A DNA stretch of 60,578 bases, filler included, from Convolutriloba macropyga (lineage: Eukaryota): the NCBI RefSeq assembly GCF_964194025.1. It is 3 parts of 3 records of this genome, joined end to end, with 100 filler letters (N's around TTAATTAATTAA, not from the genome) between each part and the next. Parts side by side here need not be neighbours in the genome. Positions count along the whole stretch, not along the records: positions 1 to 24,181 come from NC_134474.1; 2 more parts are not named here. The stretch is one strand, 5' to 3'. A program made the position numbers and the translations under genes. The notes under the pieces are model-generated. The model saw only the letters and a list, made by a program, of their open reading frames with translations. It was not told where the DNA came from and did not search any database. Shown one piece after another: positions 10,285-22,066 of the stretch (position 1 is its first letter; every line of letters starts with the position of its first letter).

Positions 10285-11985
10285 AACAAGACTGACCTTC
10301 AAAAAATTTTGGATGTTCTACCAGATGTCTGCTGTTTATCTCCATCAGAAAATCTTAGAGCGAATAAGATTGAAAATGATGAGAATTCTGACCGATTAAT
10401 ACGTGGAGCCGATCCGAGTGAATTAGAGCTGCACTGTTACAAAAAAGCTTCTGCTACATTGTTGGAATTTTGCTCGGATGCAACTCTAGAATCGTCTAAC
10501 GATTTGATCCGGTTATTAATAAACGTAACAGAGCTACCAAACCCAACTTGGTCCCAACTGCGTCATTTCTGCGAGTTCTTGAGCCGCCAAGTGGATGCTT
10601 GCGATCGAAATGTGTTTGTCTCCCAGAGAGAATTTGTGGGGCTACATGAATTCCTTACAAAGCACTGCATAATACCGATGAGCCTTGATTTTTCTTTACC
10701 ATCTTTGACTGTATCGGAGTCGTCTCAGATACTTAGTTTGGGCAGTGACAATACCCCAAGCTATGAAAGGCTTCAGATCAGACGCAAATGGGAGCAGCAA
10801 CACCATCCCTACGTCTTTTTCAATGCTGACGACTCGACATTTACTTTTGTGGGCGTCGTAATTCGCAACAACAATCTTCTTCTTCGAGACAGCTCTTCTG
10901 GAAATTACGAAACTATTGCACAGAATGTTATGTCATCCGCTCTCTCTTCCAACATAAGGTTTCAGAGCAGCATATTTAAATCGGAACAGAAACAAGACAT
11001 TTTGAACGAAGATTTTAGCCTTCTATCGGTTGCAGAGAAACGACGGAAATTATGCCGAGTAATTGGTATCGACGACCATGAAATGAACCGAATTCACTTT
11101 GACGAGAATTACGAACTCACTCAAGACAATGTGATGAAACTGCTTGCAATCTACATGAGATTTCGGTGCAACATTCCAGTTGTGATCATGGGCGAGACAG
11201 GGTGTGGGAAGACGAGGTTGATTGAGTACCTATGCACCCTACTTGCTAAAGGCAGGATATACCGGGAGGTAAAAGCCGATGGAAAACAAATGGTAACTGA
11301 CAAACCAGTTGTGAACAAAAAAATAGTGAGAGTTCACGGAGGCATGAGTACGGATCAGATTGCTAAGCATATTGAAGAAGCAGAAAAACTGGCAGATAAA
11401 GTTGAAAACACGCGAAAGGTTGAAGAACAAATAAGCCAAAAGAAGGTGGAGTTGTTCACGGTTTTGTTCTTTGACGAAGCGAACACAACAGAAGCGATTA
11501 ACGCAATTAAGGAAATTGTGTGTGACGGGCGAATCAACGGACGAAAAATTAAAGCAAATAACGGGCTCAAGTTAGTTATAGCTTGTAATCCGTATAAAAA
11601 GCACAGCGAAGAGGCTATAGAAAAAATAGAGGGACAAGGCCTCGGTTTTTATGTCAAGTCTTCAAAAACCAAATTTACATTTGATCAAAACATTCCAATG
11701 AGACATCTAGTCTATCGAGTGAACCCACTTCCGCCGAGTCTTTTGCCTCATGTATGGGACTTCGGCCAGCTCTCTGGCCCCGTTGAGCGCAGCTATATCC
11801 AGCAGATAGTAACAAAAACGATTCAAGGCTTGAAACTGACGAGTGAAGATATTGGCTTTATTTGCGACGTTCTTCAGGCCTCGCAAAACTTTGTCAGAAT
11901 GGCAAATACGCAGCAGCTTGTCAGTCTGCGAGATATCGAGAGAGCTATGGTTGTCTTCGCGTTCTTCTACAACAAATGGTCAAAG
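10285..11985 (+). CDS. RNF213: RNF213 (mysterin)-like AAA+ ATPase/E3 ligase, large internal exon
   Basis: PTWSQLRHFCEFL, RRKWEQQHHPYVFFN, YELTQDNVMKLLAIYMRFRCNIPVVIMGETGCGKTRLI (Walker A), VHGG, VLFFDEANTTEAI (Walker B), ACNPY, LVYRVNPLPPSL, VSLRDIERAM. TTTAG acceptor at 10284 and AAG/GTAAAA donor at 11986, both phase 0. Confidence 0.93.
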
Positions 11986-12419
11986 GTAAAAATGATTTTC
12001 CTTTCGTTTTTGCGAATTTTAACATCAATACACTCATCTTGCTAGAATGGTCTGACAAAAAGATATTGGTTTATACTCTTACCTGTTACGGCCTGGTTAG
12101 AGATCTTTTTTGCCGCTCCATCTTTGCTGCTCCCCGACAATGGTATGGATTGGGTCTGATCTGAGGTGTTTTTAGAACAGAACGTTTGATAACGATCATT
12201 TTTACGCAAATTTTGACCCTAAAAATGGTATGTCTTGAGTTTGGATAATTGTCTGGGTTCAGTCTGATCAGAAGTTTTTTCTATGTTGGTAGTTTAGTCC
12301 AGAAAAACTCCTGATCATGAATAATTTGGATATATTCCGTCTGATTAGAGATTCTTTTGGTTTTGGTGGCCTAAGAAGAGGTCTTTTTGATTCGGTTTGG
12401 AACTTAAGTGAGAGAGGAG

Positions 12420-13620
12420 ATCCGGTGTATCAATCCTTGATGAGGTAAAAATTTGGGTGATATCAACTTTGAACAAAAACTGTGCATTAAAAAGTGTCTG
12501 GATCCTCAGAGAAAAGTCAATGGAAACTATAATCGAAGTTTTCATGATAGAATTTTCTTTATTAACCAAAATTGTGGTTGTCCAATATACCCCACAGCTA
12601 AATTTTTTGAGAGGCAACTAATTGCATTGTCTATCAACTTTCCATTTTTCAAATGTTTCATTTTATGTACTAGTTATACACCTGTGGAAGTGAACTCCAG
12701 AGCAAATAAATTGATTTAGATTGTTGTTTTGCTTTTAATCAATTAATTTTTTTCAAAGAATGTGCATTAAAAATTGTCTGAATCCTCAGTGAAAATTGAA
12801 TTGAGCTTTTCATAAACAAAAATTGCGGGTGTCCGATTTATTTCAATGTTTATTTTTTTGGGAGAAAACTTATTCCCTTGTCTATCAGTATTTCAATTTT
12901 CAACACTTCATTTTGGCGTGGAAGTGAACTCGAGAGAAGGACCACGTATAAATCGTCTTAGATGATGCTAAAAACTGATATTCTGAGAAGCCGTAGTTTT
13001 GACAGTAAAAGCAGTCAGATCCCGTGTTTCAATTCTTGATGAGAAAAAGTTTGCTTGATGTCAACTGTTTAACACATAATATGCACTGAAAAGTGACTGT
13101 TTCCTCAGTAAAAACTCAATAGCGGTAACAAATTGTCTTTTCATGAAAAAAAAAGATACAAACTCTAAAACTGTAGTTGTTCGATTTTCCCAAATGTTTA
13201 TTTTTTGCGAGAAAACTGTTTCCTTTGTGTATTGTCTATTTTAAAGTTTTTTTTGTGTGTTTTATAGAAGCTGTTTAACATAAGTGACGTGAAATTGAGA
13301 GAAGGATCAAAGATTAAACGGTCTAGATGATGCAAAAAATTATAATCTGAGGAGTAATTTCGAAAGTGGAAACAGTGAGAACTGGTGTTTAAATTGTTGA
13401 GGAGATAAAGTCTTGTTTGATATCAACAGTTTAACACAGAATGTGCATTAGAAAATGTCTGACTCCTCAATGGAATTCAAAGGCAATAAAATCCGTCTTT
13501 TCATGAAGGAATTTGCTACATTATCCGAAGTCATGCGTGTCCGATTTATCCCAATGCTTGATATGTCTCGAAATAACTGATTCCATTTTTTATCGATTTT
13601 CCATTTTGCGACACTTCTCT
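12420..13620. repeat. Old diverged tandem repeat, about four units of ~280-360 bp
   Basis: Recurrent TGTGCATTAAAAAGTGTCTG(G/A)ATCCTCAG-like block at ~12481, 12761, 13081 and 13442 with similar flanks. Confidence 0.7.
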
Positions 13621-13674
13621 TGTATATGTATTAGTTTTAAAAGTGGTACACGTTTCAACAAGAACTTGAGATGA

Positions 13675-14020
13675 GTATACTAGAAGTACGACCATCAGAA
13701 GTTTGAACCTGCGCACCCTCTACCCTCTAGTATAAACTGGTGCGGCCAGTGAGGCTCGCATAATGGTTTTCTATCTTCTAAGCAAAAAAGTAACAAAACT
13801 GATCAAACATAATCTCCTCTGGAGGAACGCCGAGTAGCACAGCTCTTTCAACCGGCTCCGGTAATACAGGTACAACAACTGTAAGCTCCGGATCAGTCGG
13901 CACTACTAGAGTAACAAGAACATTAATTGATACCCCCTCTCTCTCATCCCAATATGTCACTTGTCACCTTCTCGGGAAACGACCGAAGACAAAATGCAAG
14001 TGATTTTTGGAACTACGTTG
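13675..14020 (+). mobile_element. Inverted 5' fragment (LTR end, PBS, gag start) of a sister copy of the Gypsy element at 14-22 kb
   Basis: Diverged reverse-complement match to ~21785-22135, including PBS TGGTGCGGCCAGTGAGGCTCG (13738-13758) and HPNMSLVTFSGNDRRQNASDFWN. Confidence 0.88.
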
Positions 14021-14566
14021 GGTTTCTTCTCGAGTTTTTGGTTTCGATTACCTCTCCCTCCTCGGTGAACAGAGATGCAATTTCTGTATGCATTTTAAAG
14101 TTACTTTTGGAGTGTTGTATTATGTGGTGTAGATGTGGTGGAGATTCAGAAGAATGAATCGATTCAATTTTGGTTGAGACATTATAGTTTTCTCAATGGC
14201 AATTTGTCCGTCCATGCGGATTACAAAATACTGAGCTCTGATTGGTTAACTATTACGGCGTCATTTTGTCGTTTTGGATGGAGGATTATTGAAATTTAAT
14301 TTGCCTATTTGCATAAAATATTGAGAGCGGATTATTACTCGCAAAACCTGCGGAATATTTAATTCTGATTGGTTAATTGAGGGTTGTCCGTGAAGACAGA
14401 GCGAATAGGAAATTTCACTGGTTGGATTAGGTTTCTATTTCTTTATAAATGGAGAGATTTTCTGTGTGTAATATTAGTCTAACTCTAATAATAATGCACA
14501 AAACTGCAGTAAGAGGCGAATTACTCTGCATTTGAGCGCTTAGATTTAGAATTTGATGCCAGAGAG

Positions 14567-15037
14567 ATGAAACTTTTCTTCTCTGAACAATATATATCGA
14601 CTCAAATTGTACTCTCTGAAGAGGAGTTTTATTCGCTGCGGGTTGCGCAGGAGTATTTTATAAAAAATAAAGAAGGAAAATTGATAAAACATGCTAATAT
14701 GTGTCCTGCTACGGTGCAGTACCTCAAATTTGGTTGGGGAACGAGGTAATCGTTCGAAGTTAGAACTATTTTTTTGGGAATATAGTGGGGAATAATAAAA
14801 AATCTTTGAACTTTAGTTCGAGCGTAAGCTAACAGCACCGTACCTTGAGTGTCGTGAAACAACTATGAACTATGTATTCGAGCTTTGGCGAATGTGGTGG
14901 ACCACCGAGACAGCAAATGCTGCTCAGCAACTATATGAGTTGGCTGTTGTTCTATGATGTGGGCTTCTTTTTAGAAACTTGACTCTAACCAAACAGTTCA
15001 TTAAACTAATTAAAGTTGCAAGGGCTCGATTATTGTA
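14567..15037 (+). pseudogene. Decayed antisense ORF in the 3' region of the Gypsy element
   Basis: ATG 14567 (MKLFFSEQYISTQIVLSEEEFYSLRVAQEYF...) with broken continuation. Preceded by CTGATTGGTT x2, ATTTGCAT and TATAAAT; followed by AATAAA at 15105. Confidence 0.35.
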
Positions 15038-15120
15038 ATTTTTGTAATTTTGGTTTAAAAATTTATGTAATTTGTAAATTTATTTTTGTAATTTTGGATA
15101 ATTTAATAAAAAATATTTGT

Positions 15121-18100
15121 CTAAAAGAAATATTTCTTTTGAACTTTGAAATTTAAATCTGATGGGATTGTATTACCATAGCGTATAGGTTCAGTCCGTG
15201 TTCTCTGCGGTCTGACGTCAGAATAAGGTTGGTTAGGATTAGGTTTCATTTTTACTGGGTGGGGGGTTGCACTAATGATAGTACTAAATGTATGAGAATT
15301 GGATGTAGTACTTTGTGAACTACTTTGGGGGATAAACAAATTCCTGTTAAGTAGTGTACCTTCACTATCATTCCTATTTGTTTTGTATGGGCTTTTAGGC
15401 GCACTCCGGCATGTGTTAACAGTAGTTGAGTATTCAACTGGTTGCGGTGATGTTGTTTGTTCAGCCTGATTATTTGCGTTGTTATTAATTGGCCACGGCG
15501 TATATTCTGGGTTATCAATTGTTTTGTGATTTAATCTGTTTTTTGAGTACTGGTTGAACCTATCATAGTAGGCCTGTGAATAATCATATTTAGTATTATA
15601 GTCCTGTACTAACTTGTCTATTTCTTGTTCTTTAAGACAGTATTCTACTAAGTGATTCCTATGCACTGCCTTCTTTTGTTCAGTCGTGTCATGAACAGTT
15701 TTATAAGCAGTGTTAGTTATTTGTCTAGTAACAGTATAAGGTCCAGAGCGTAACTGTTGTAGCTTTTTGGATTTCAATACTCCCTTAGCGTGGTTCTCTA
15801 GTAAAACATTACGACCGATTTTTATTGGTTTACCCAGTTTAAATCTGTTCTTGTGCGTTGTTTGTAATTTGCCGACAGCGAGTGTATGTCTTACAAAAGA
15901 TATTTTTAAGTTCGTTCTCGCGTTGTAGTATAGTACTAGACAATCGATTTTGTAACAGTTTATATTCCTTCTCATTTTTACAAGAGTTTTCAAAGTGAGT
16001 GTGTAAGGGAAGGTCTTTACAATACTGTGAAATACAGTTTCGTCTGTTATCTCGTAGTAAGCCAAGCTTAAGGCAGATTGGAATTTGCAGTTTAATACTA
16101 AATAATATCTCGTACGGAGTATATCCTGTACTGTAATTTATTCCAGTATTACGGGCAAAGGCGAATTTATTAGTAAGGCTAGCCCAGTTAGATCCGGTGT
16201 CGTTAACAAAACTGCGCAAATAGTTCGCCAAGTTCTTATTTTGTACTTCAACCTTGCCATTCGTTCAAGGTGAGTATGAGGTCCGTGGTTTTAATGTAAT
16301 TGCGAATTCGTGTGTCCAGTGCACAAAATCATAACTTAAAATTGCAGTAGTAATGCATTTTTCTATTAATTTAAAAGTTTCTGGTGCATCAGCGGTTTTT
16401 GATGGATACACTTGTATAAAGCGAGAGAAACTATCTACTATGACTAGACAAAATTTCTTTTGGTTACAACAAGGCCTAAGTGGGCCCTTGTGGTCTATGT
16501 GTATAGTATGGAATGGAGTTTTTTCTAATTCTCCTCACTGTTCTAAGATTGCTTTGTTCAGATCATGTCTTTGTGGTTTTTGCTTTTGGCAATGTAAGCA
16601 GTCATGGACTAGCATTGTAATCCATTTGTACATTCCGGCCAATAAAAGAATCTGCTAATGTTGTTAAATGTACATATGTCTCCACGATGCCCACTTAGCG
16701 GATTGTTGTGTGCTAACTCAAAGCATTTCATAAATAATGAAAGTGGAACACATATTTTTGAATCGTATAAACCATTCTCGTGTGGTTTATTGTAATAAAT
16801 TAAGTCATATTGTTCCTCGAGTAGTAGTAGGTCAAATATTTTTTGTATGCACATAATCCTTTACAATGCTTAATTGTACTTGTGCTCGGCTGTTCTTTGC
16901 CTGCCTTGAGCCATTGGCGAACGGTTTGTAGAACAGGATCATTTATTTGTTCGCGCAAAATTGTATCTGTGTCTAATTGAGCTTGTTTAGTAAACTCTGT
17001 TAAGTTTAGTAGTAAGTCGTTACAAGATATTTTAACTACTTCTGTGTGTAGAGTTGTCGGTTCTACAATGTCAAATTTGTGCGTACGTTGTTTGTATTCC
17101 TCCTTCGCCTGTTCTAGTTCTTGTATTAATGACATATCTACATTTCCTTTTTGCAATTCTAACCTGTCTTCATCATCAAGACCGTCGTCTACTGCATGTA
17201 CTTCTTTGGGTATTTCTTCACATATGTGATTGTTAAGGCTCTCTGTAGACACATTTTCCGAAGACATCTTTCTGATTTGGTTTATTTGTTGTCCATATCT
17301 GAACGAGTCTTAAATATTGTATATTGCACTACATGTCTGTTCTTTATCGTCACTTGCGTCGTTAATACTAATATCTTCGTCGATTTTGTTTAATATTTTC
17401 TTTTTCTGTCCTAGTATATGTACAATTACCGGATATCTAGTATTTGGTGGTACTTTCTTTTCATCACAGTGTGGTAATGAATAGTTTATTGGCTTGTAAT
17501 CCGATGTGTAGAAGCGAATGTCCTTTGGAACTGTTTTGTGTTCAATTTGAAACTTTCTCGCTTCTTCTTGTGGGACTTGTCTACTGAGTAAGTCGGGGAA
17601 GGCGAGGTTTTTACCTTCGGTGCATATTATCCTTAGATTCTAAAATTTAGTAAGTACTACTTGATACTTAAAAAATCTGTGCGATAAATGTCCTCGACGA
17701 TGCCAAAGGAACAATATAGGCTTGTGATCACAAAAAATATGGGGTAGGGGGAAACTATAATGTAGAACTCGTAAATTTGTAATGCGGACACTATTCCGCA
17801 CAGTTCTCTATGCTGTAGGGACATTTTTTGTTCTGCTTTATCGAATACACGGGAGTTTGCTGATACAATTGGTTTCCCCTCGAATAACTGTTGTATTATT
17901 ATACTACCAGTCCCTTAGTTTGAGGAGTCAGTTTTATTTGGAAGGGATATTTTGTGTTGGGGATAGCGACGGAAATATCGTGTGAGAATTTTGCTTTTAA
18001 GTTATCGAATACTTGCTGGTGGTTATCCAGCCATTCGAAATTTGTTTCATTCTTTACTCAATCATATAGTTGTTTTGCGTCAATATGAAAGTTTACAACA

Positions 18101-20560
18101 TAATTCGCATAGAATCCCATTGCCCCTAATACGCTGAGGAGTCGGTTTTTGATTCTGGAGTTTTTGAATTTTGTATATCGTCAATGCGTGACGTTAGTGC
18201 GCTAAATGTTCCTTTTGATATTACGTGCTCGAGAAATTTCACTTTTCGCAAGAAGAATTTGGTTTAATCTGGCGCAGCTTTTAGATTTGCTTTACGCCAT
18301 AGTGCATGATATTCAAGTATCACTGTGAACATTTCCTGTTTATCCTGCGCTTGTAGTAGTGTATCGTCAATATAAGTAATAGCTTGCCTTCTCATTTTTT
18401 GTAGTCCGAATGCATAACGCATAAGTTTAATATCGAAGTTCGGAATGGGCTTTAAGCCGTAAAATCCGACTTGATAGGTATATTGACGTCCATCTACAAT
18501 AAAACTAGGTAATTTCTGAGTTTCTGTAAGGAGCACTTGACGATAAGCGCACGACAAATCACTACTTGTAAAATATGCTCCATTTACTCGGGTCATCAAA
18601 ACTTGTAGTGGCCCGAGTGGCCCGCTAGAGCTACTTGTATCTGTGATTGAGTTGAGTTAGCGAGCATCAATTACACGTTTTACATAATCGTTCTTAGGCA
18701 ATATAATAATTGGATTTAGAAACCAGCTATTTAAATCGTCGTGCTCATTGAGCTTGCGTATTATTCCGGCTTGTATAGGTTCGTCCATAAATGATTCTAA
18801 CTTTTCACGTAAATGTAGGGGAATTTTGCTGGGACGTTGCTTTTTAAATTCACAATCCTTTTTAAGGGGTATATAAAATTTCTGTTTGGTGCGGCCGATA
18901 TCATATTTGTGATGGGAGTATATATCCTCATCATCTAACAGAACGTTTAGAACCACTCTGAATTCTGCGTCCGTTAAATCACTTTGTGTGAAATCAAACT
19001 TTTTTTGTTACTCGATATAGTGTTCATAGTTCTTACTTGCATCTTTTGGCCGTATCAATAATGAAGTGGTTTTGTTCGATTGTTCTGAACTTTGGAAATT
19101 GTTCATTATTATTGGGCTTGCATAATGTCTTTGCATCATTTGAGAAGTGAGTTGCAATTTCAGCATCATTTTTACGTTTGTTCAGAATTTCATCACCTAC
19201 AATTCAAAATATCTCTTCGATGTTTTCATCTGTATATTGCGTACAGGATGGCATTTGATTAATTTCGGCGTTACTTACATAAACATAAATTTTAATTCCC
19301 GAAGAATTAAATACATTGTATAGTAATGCGGATATCTCAGAACAATCCATTTTGTCTAATCCACATGCAATTTTCGGCATAGCTATACAACTAATGTTCT
19401 GCTTCAGAAGTATATTGTGAAGTTCGAATAGTGCGGTAGTAATACCTTCCATTGTCGGTTTACTAATATATTTCTCTTTAGTTATTAGGCTAAAGATTTG
19501 GTGTCCGAGGCTAGGAGCGATGTATTGTAATACGTTTTGGTTGATTGTGTTTCCATTACGATCGTTCACTTCTACTTGCCACTTACAATGTTGTCTCAAG
19601 TCGGGGAACTTTTTACACAACATAAGTGCAAAACCTTTGCTCATAGCCCAGTCTTTAGAGACTGTGTATACAATAACCATACTACTGTTGAATATTGACT
19701 GTTCTTCATAGTTAACAAAATTTATGCAATTATCGGACTTGTTTGACTCAGCCTCCTGTACTGTGTTAAAAACTGTGCTAAGCATGAAACAACTGTCTAG
19801 TTCCTTATATTTATTTAGTATTGAGTTTGCAAACTCAATACAATCACGCATGTTGAAATTGCGCGTATCACGACTTAATACTATATCACATACAGCGTAC
19901 CCGATAATACCTCTATTGAGTGTAATAGGATGATTTTTGTGCTTTTCTATTAGTTAAGGTAGTGTTTTCTTTTTTTTTTGTGTACAGAATGTGTTAGTCA
20001 ACACTAGTTCTGTTTTTACTGTATTTTGTGCGTTAGAAAGGAAGTGCCTCTGGGGTAACATAAATCAGTGTTTTGGTGTTTGTACAAGTAGGTTGATCTT
20101 GCCTGTATTTAAAGTGGCTGAGACAAGACTATTGTTTCTATTTACGATTCTTGCAAATACTGTTTTTCGTTATTCATTCTTCCATAGCTGATTACTCCTG
20201 TGTGTTCTTTTAATTCTAAAGCAAGGATATCGAAATACAGAGCTTTAAAGAAAATATGACAGAAATCAACACCAATCAGGTTAGACGTTCCTTCTTGTGT
20301 AACCCATACTTTATGGTTTGCTTCGTACTTTCCGTCATTGTCAAAGTATGATTATACTTTAGTATGGCCTAACATACGAAATTGTGATCCGTTGTAGGAT
20401 TTTGTGATATCTATGGCTGAGAAAATCCTCATGCTGGGATTCGTTTTTTGCATTTCTAAAAATGTGGGGTAATTTATTATCGTACACGTCGAGCCTGGGT
20501 CGATTAGTTATTCATTTTCCAATCCAATGTTCTTATTCATGCCTCCGGTGGAGAAATAGT
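15121..20560 (-). pseudogene. pol: Gypsy pol: aspartic protease - macrodomain - RT - RNase H - integrase
   Basis: LIDPGSTCTIIN (~20500); NPIIILPK...VIDAR, YFTSSDLSCAY, FYGLK, YIDD (RT); CDHKP and NLAFPDLLSR (RNase H); HNNPLSGH...CLHC, IHIDHKGPL, STGYTPYEIL and GPYTV (integrase). Confidence 0.9.
19276..19719 (-). other. TARG1/OARD1 (Poa1p-like) macrodomain embedded in Gypsy pol
   Basis: EQSIF...TVSKDWAMSKGFA...KKF...IFSLITKEKYISKPT...L...NISCIAMPKIACGLDKMDCSEI...VF...IKIYVY mirrors TARG1 (HCISEDCRMGAGIA...LITKK...KPT...MPRIGCGLD). Confidence 0.9.
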
Positions 20561-20599
20561 ACATCTTTTGGTAAAACATGGATTTTGGATTGCTATTTG

Positions 20600-21991
20600 T
20601 ACTAACTTTCGGAGACTTTAGAAGTTTAAAGGGAAGAAACCTGTGATAGCATCGGTGTAATTATTTTGGTCATAGTATTCTGTTTGTTGGTTTTGAACCT
20701 CTACCCAGTGGACAGAGTGGGACAAGCGGGGTTGTTGATAATGATATTTACTACTTGATGCCTGAAATTGTTTGGTGTGCGATTGGGGGGATAAGATCGT
20801 TGAAAATTTTGATTCTCACTTTCATAATATTGTCTCGCATCAGTTTCATGCGGACTAAACTGGTTGTTCTGGGGGAACTTTTGTTCATAGGATTTATTAT
20901 AGTTGTTGTTATAGTGTTTATTTCCGTATCTATGATTGTCATATCCACTATTAATTTTATTTGAGCGATTCTAGTTATTAAAATACGGTTTATTGTTAGT
21001 TCGTTTTTTGTAGTCAGTACTAAAGGATGTCTTTTTTTTCCTTTTCCTCAGTTGGTTCCGTTTTCATTTTTTTAAAACCCTCATCAATTCTATGCCTAGA
21101 GCAGTTAGAAATAGAATAGTGTTATTCGGCCGTCCTTTTACATTGGGGTCCTTAAATGAACTTGATTTAATAGCGCTAACTTCTTTATTTGTTATTAGGC
21201 TAGTAACGTCTTAAATGTGTGCTTCAAGACTTCTAATTTTATCATTTGTTTGTTTTACTGTGCCATCAGTGCTAACAGTAAATGTTAAGTCCTTTGTTAT
21301 TAAGTAGTCTCGTATTTCACTCCATGTTTTATCCGGATTTTCTAGTTTATATTCATGAGTTTTGCGCTTTAGAGATGGGTGGCCTCTTATAGCAAAGTCA
21401 ATGTACTTTTCCTCTCTTTGTCTCTGCTGTATTGTTCGTTCGGTAGTAATTTGGGCAGGGTTAGTTATTCGTGAGGGTATATTTTCAGGCCATCCTCCAT
21501 CAGTTTAAAGCGGTGGAAAAATTTTTAAATAATTCCCCCCTTTTGTCTAGTGGCATCTTCCACATCTAGTCGATATTTAAATTGATCACGGCTATCAGTT
21601 AATCTATTTATGAAATCTCCTTTAATTTGGTCAAAATTTCTTGTGGGGTCTACAGTATTGAACCACTCTAATGCGGTCTCTGTTAGCAGTGATCCAAACA
21701 ACGCTTTGCGTCTATTTTGGTGATTCGTTAATGCAGTGGGGTCTGCAGGTAGCGTTGTACCTAAAGCGAAATTTATTTTTTGTTCAACAGAGTTCCAAAA
21801 TTCTCTTGCATTTTGTCTTGGGTCGTTTTCCGAGAATGTGACCAGTGACATATTGGGATGAGAGAGGGGGGTATCAATTATTGTTCTTGTTACTGTAGTA
21901 GTGCCGCCTGATCTGGTGCTTACAGTTGTTGTGCCTGTACTACCGGAGCCTGTTGAAGGAATGTGCTACTCGGCGTTCCTCCAGAGGACAT
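20600..21991 (-). pseudogene. gag: Gypsy gag
   Basis: ATG at 21991 shortly after the PBS; FSENDPRQNAREFW...LFGSLLTETALEWF...IKGDFINR capsid-like motifs; frameshifted. Confidence 0.78.
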
Positions 21992-22045
21992 TTTGTTTGA
22001 TTTGTTTTGTTAATTATTTTTGCTTGAAGATAGAAATCATTTATG

Positions 22046-22066
22046 CGAGCCTCACTGGTCGCACCA
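22046..22066 (-). promoter_or_regulatory. tRNA primer-binding site of the Gypsy element
   Basis: TGGTGCGACCAGTGAGGCTCG is complementary to CGAGC-CUCAC-UGGUCGC-A-CCA, which has T-loop, T-stem, acceptor strand, discriminator and CCA geometry. Conserved in the inverted sister copy. Confidence 0.8.
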
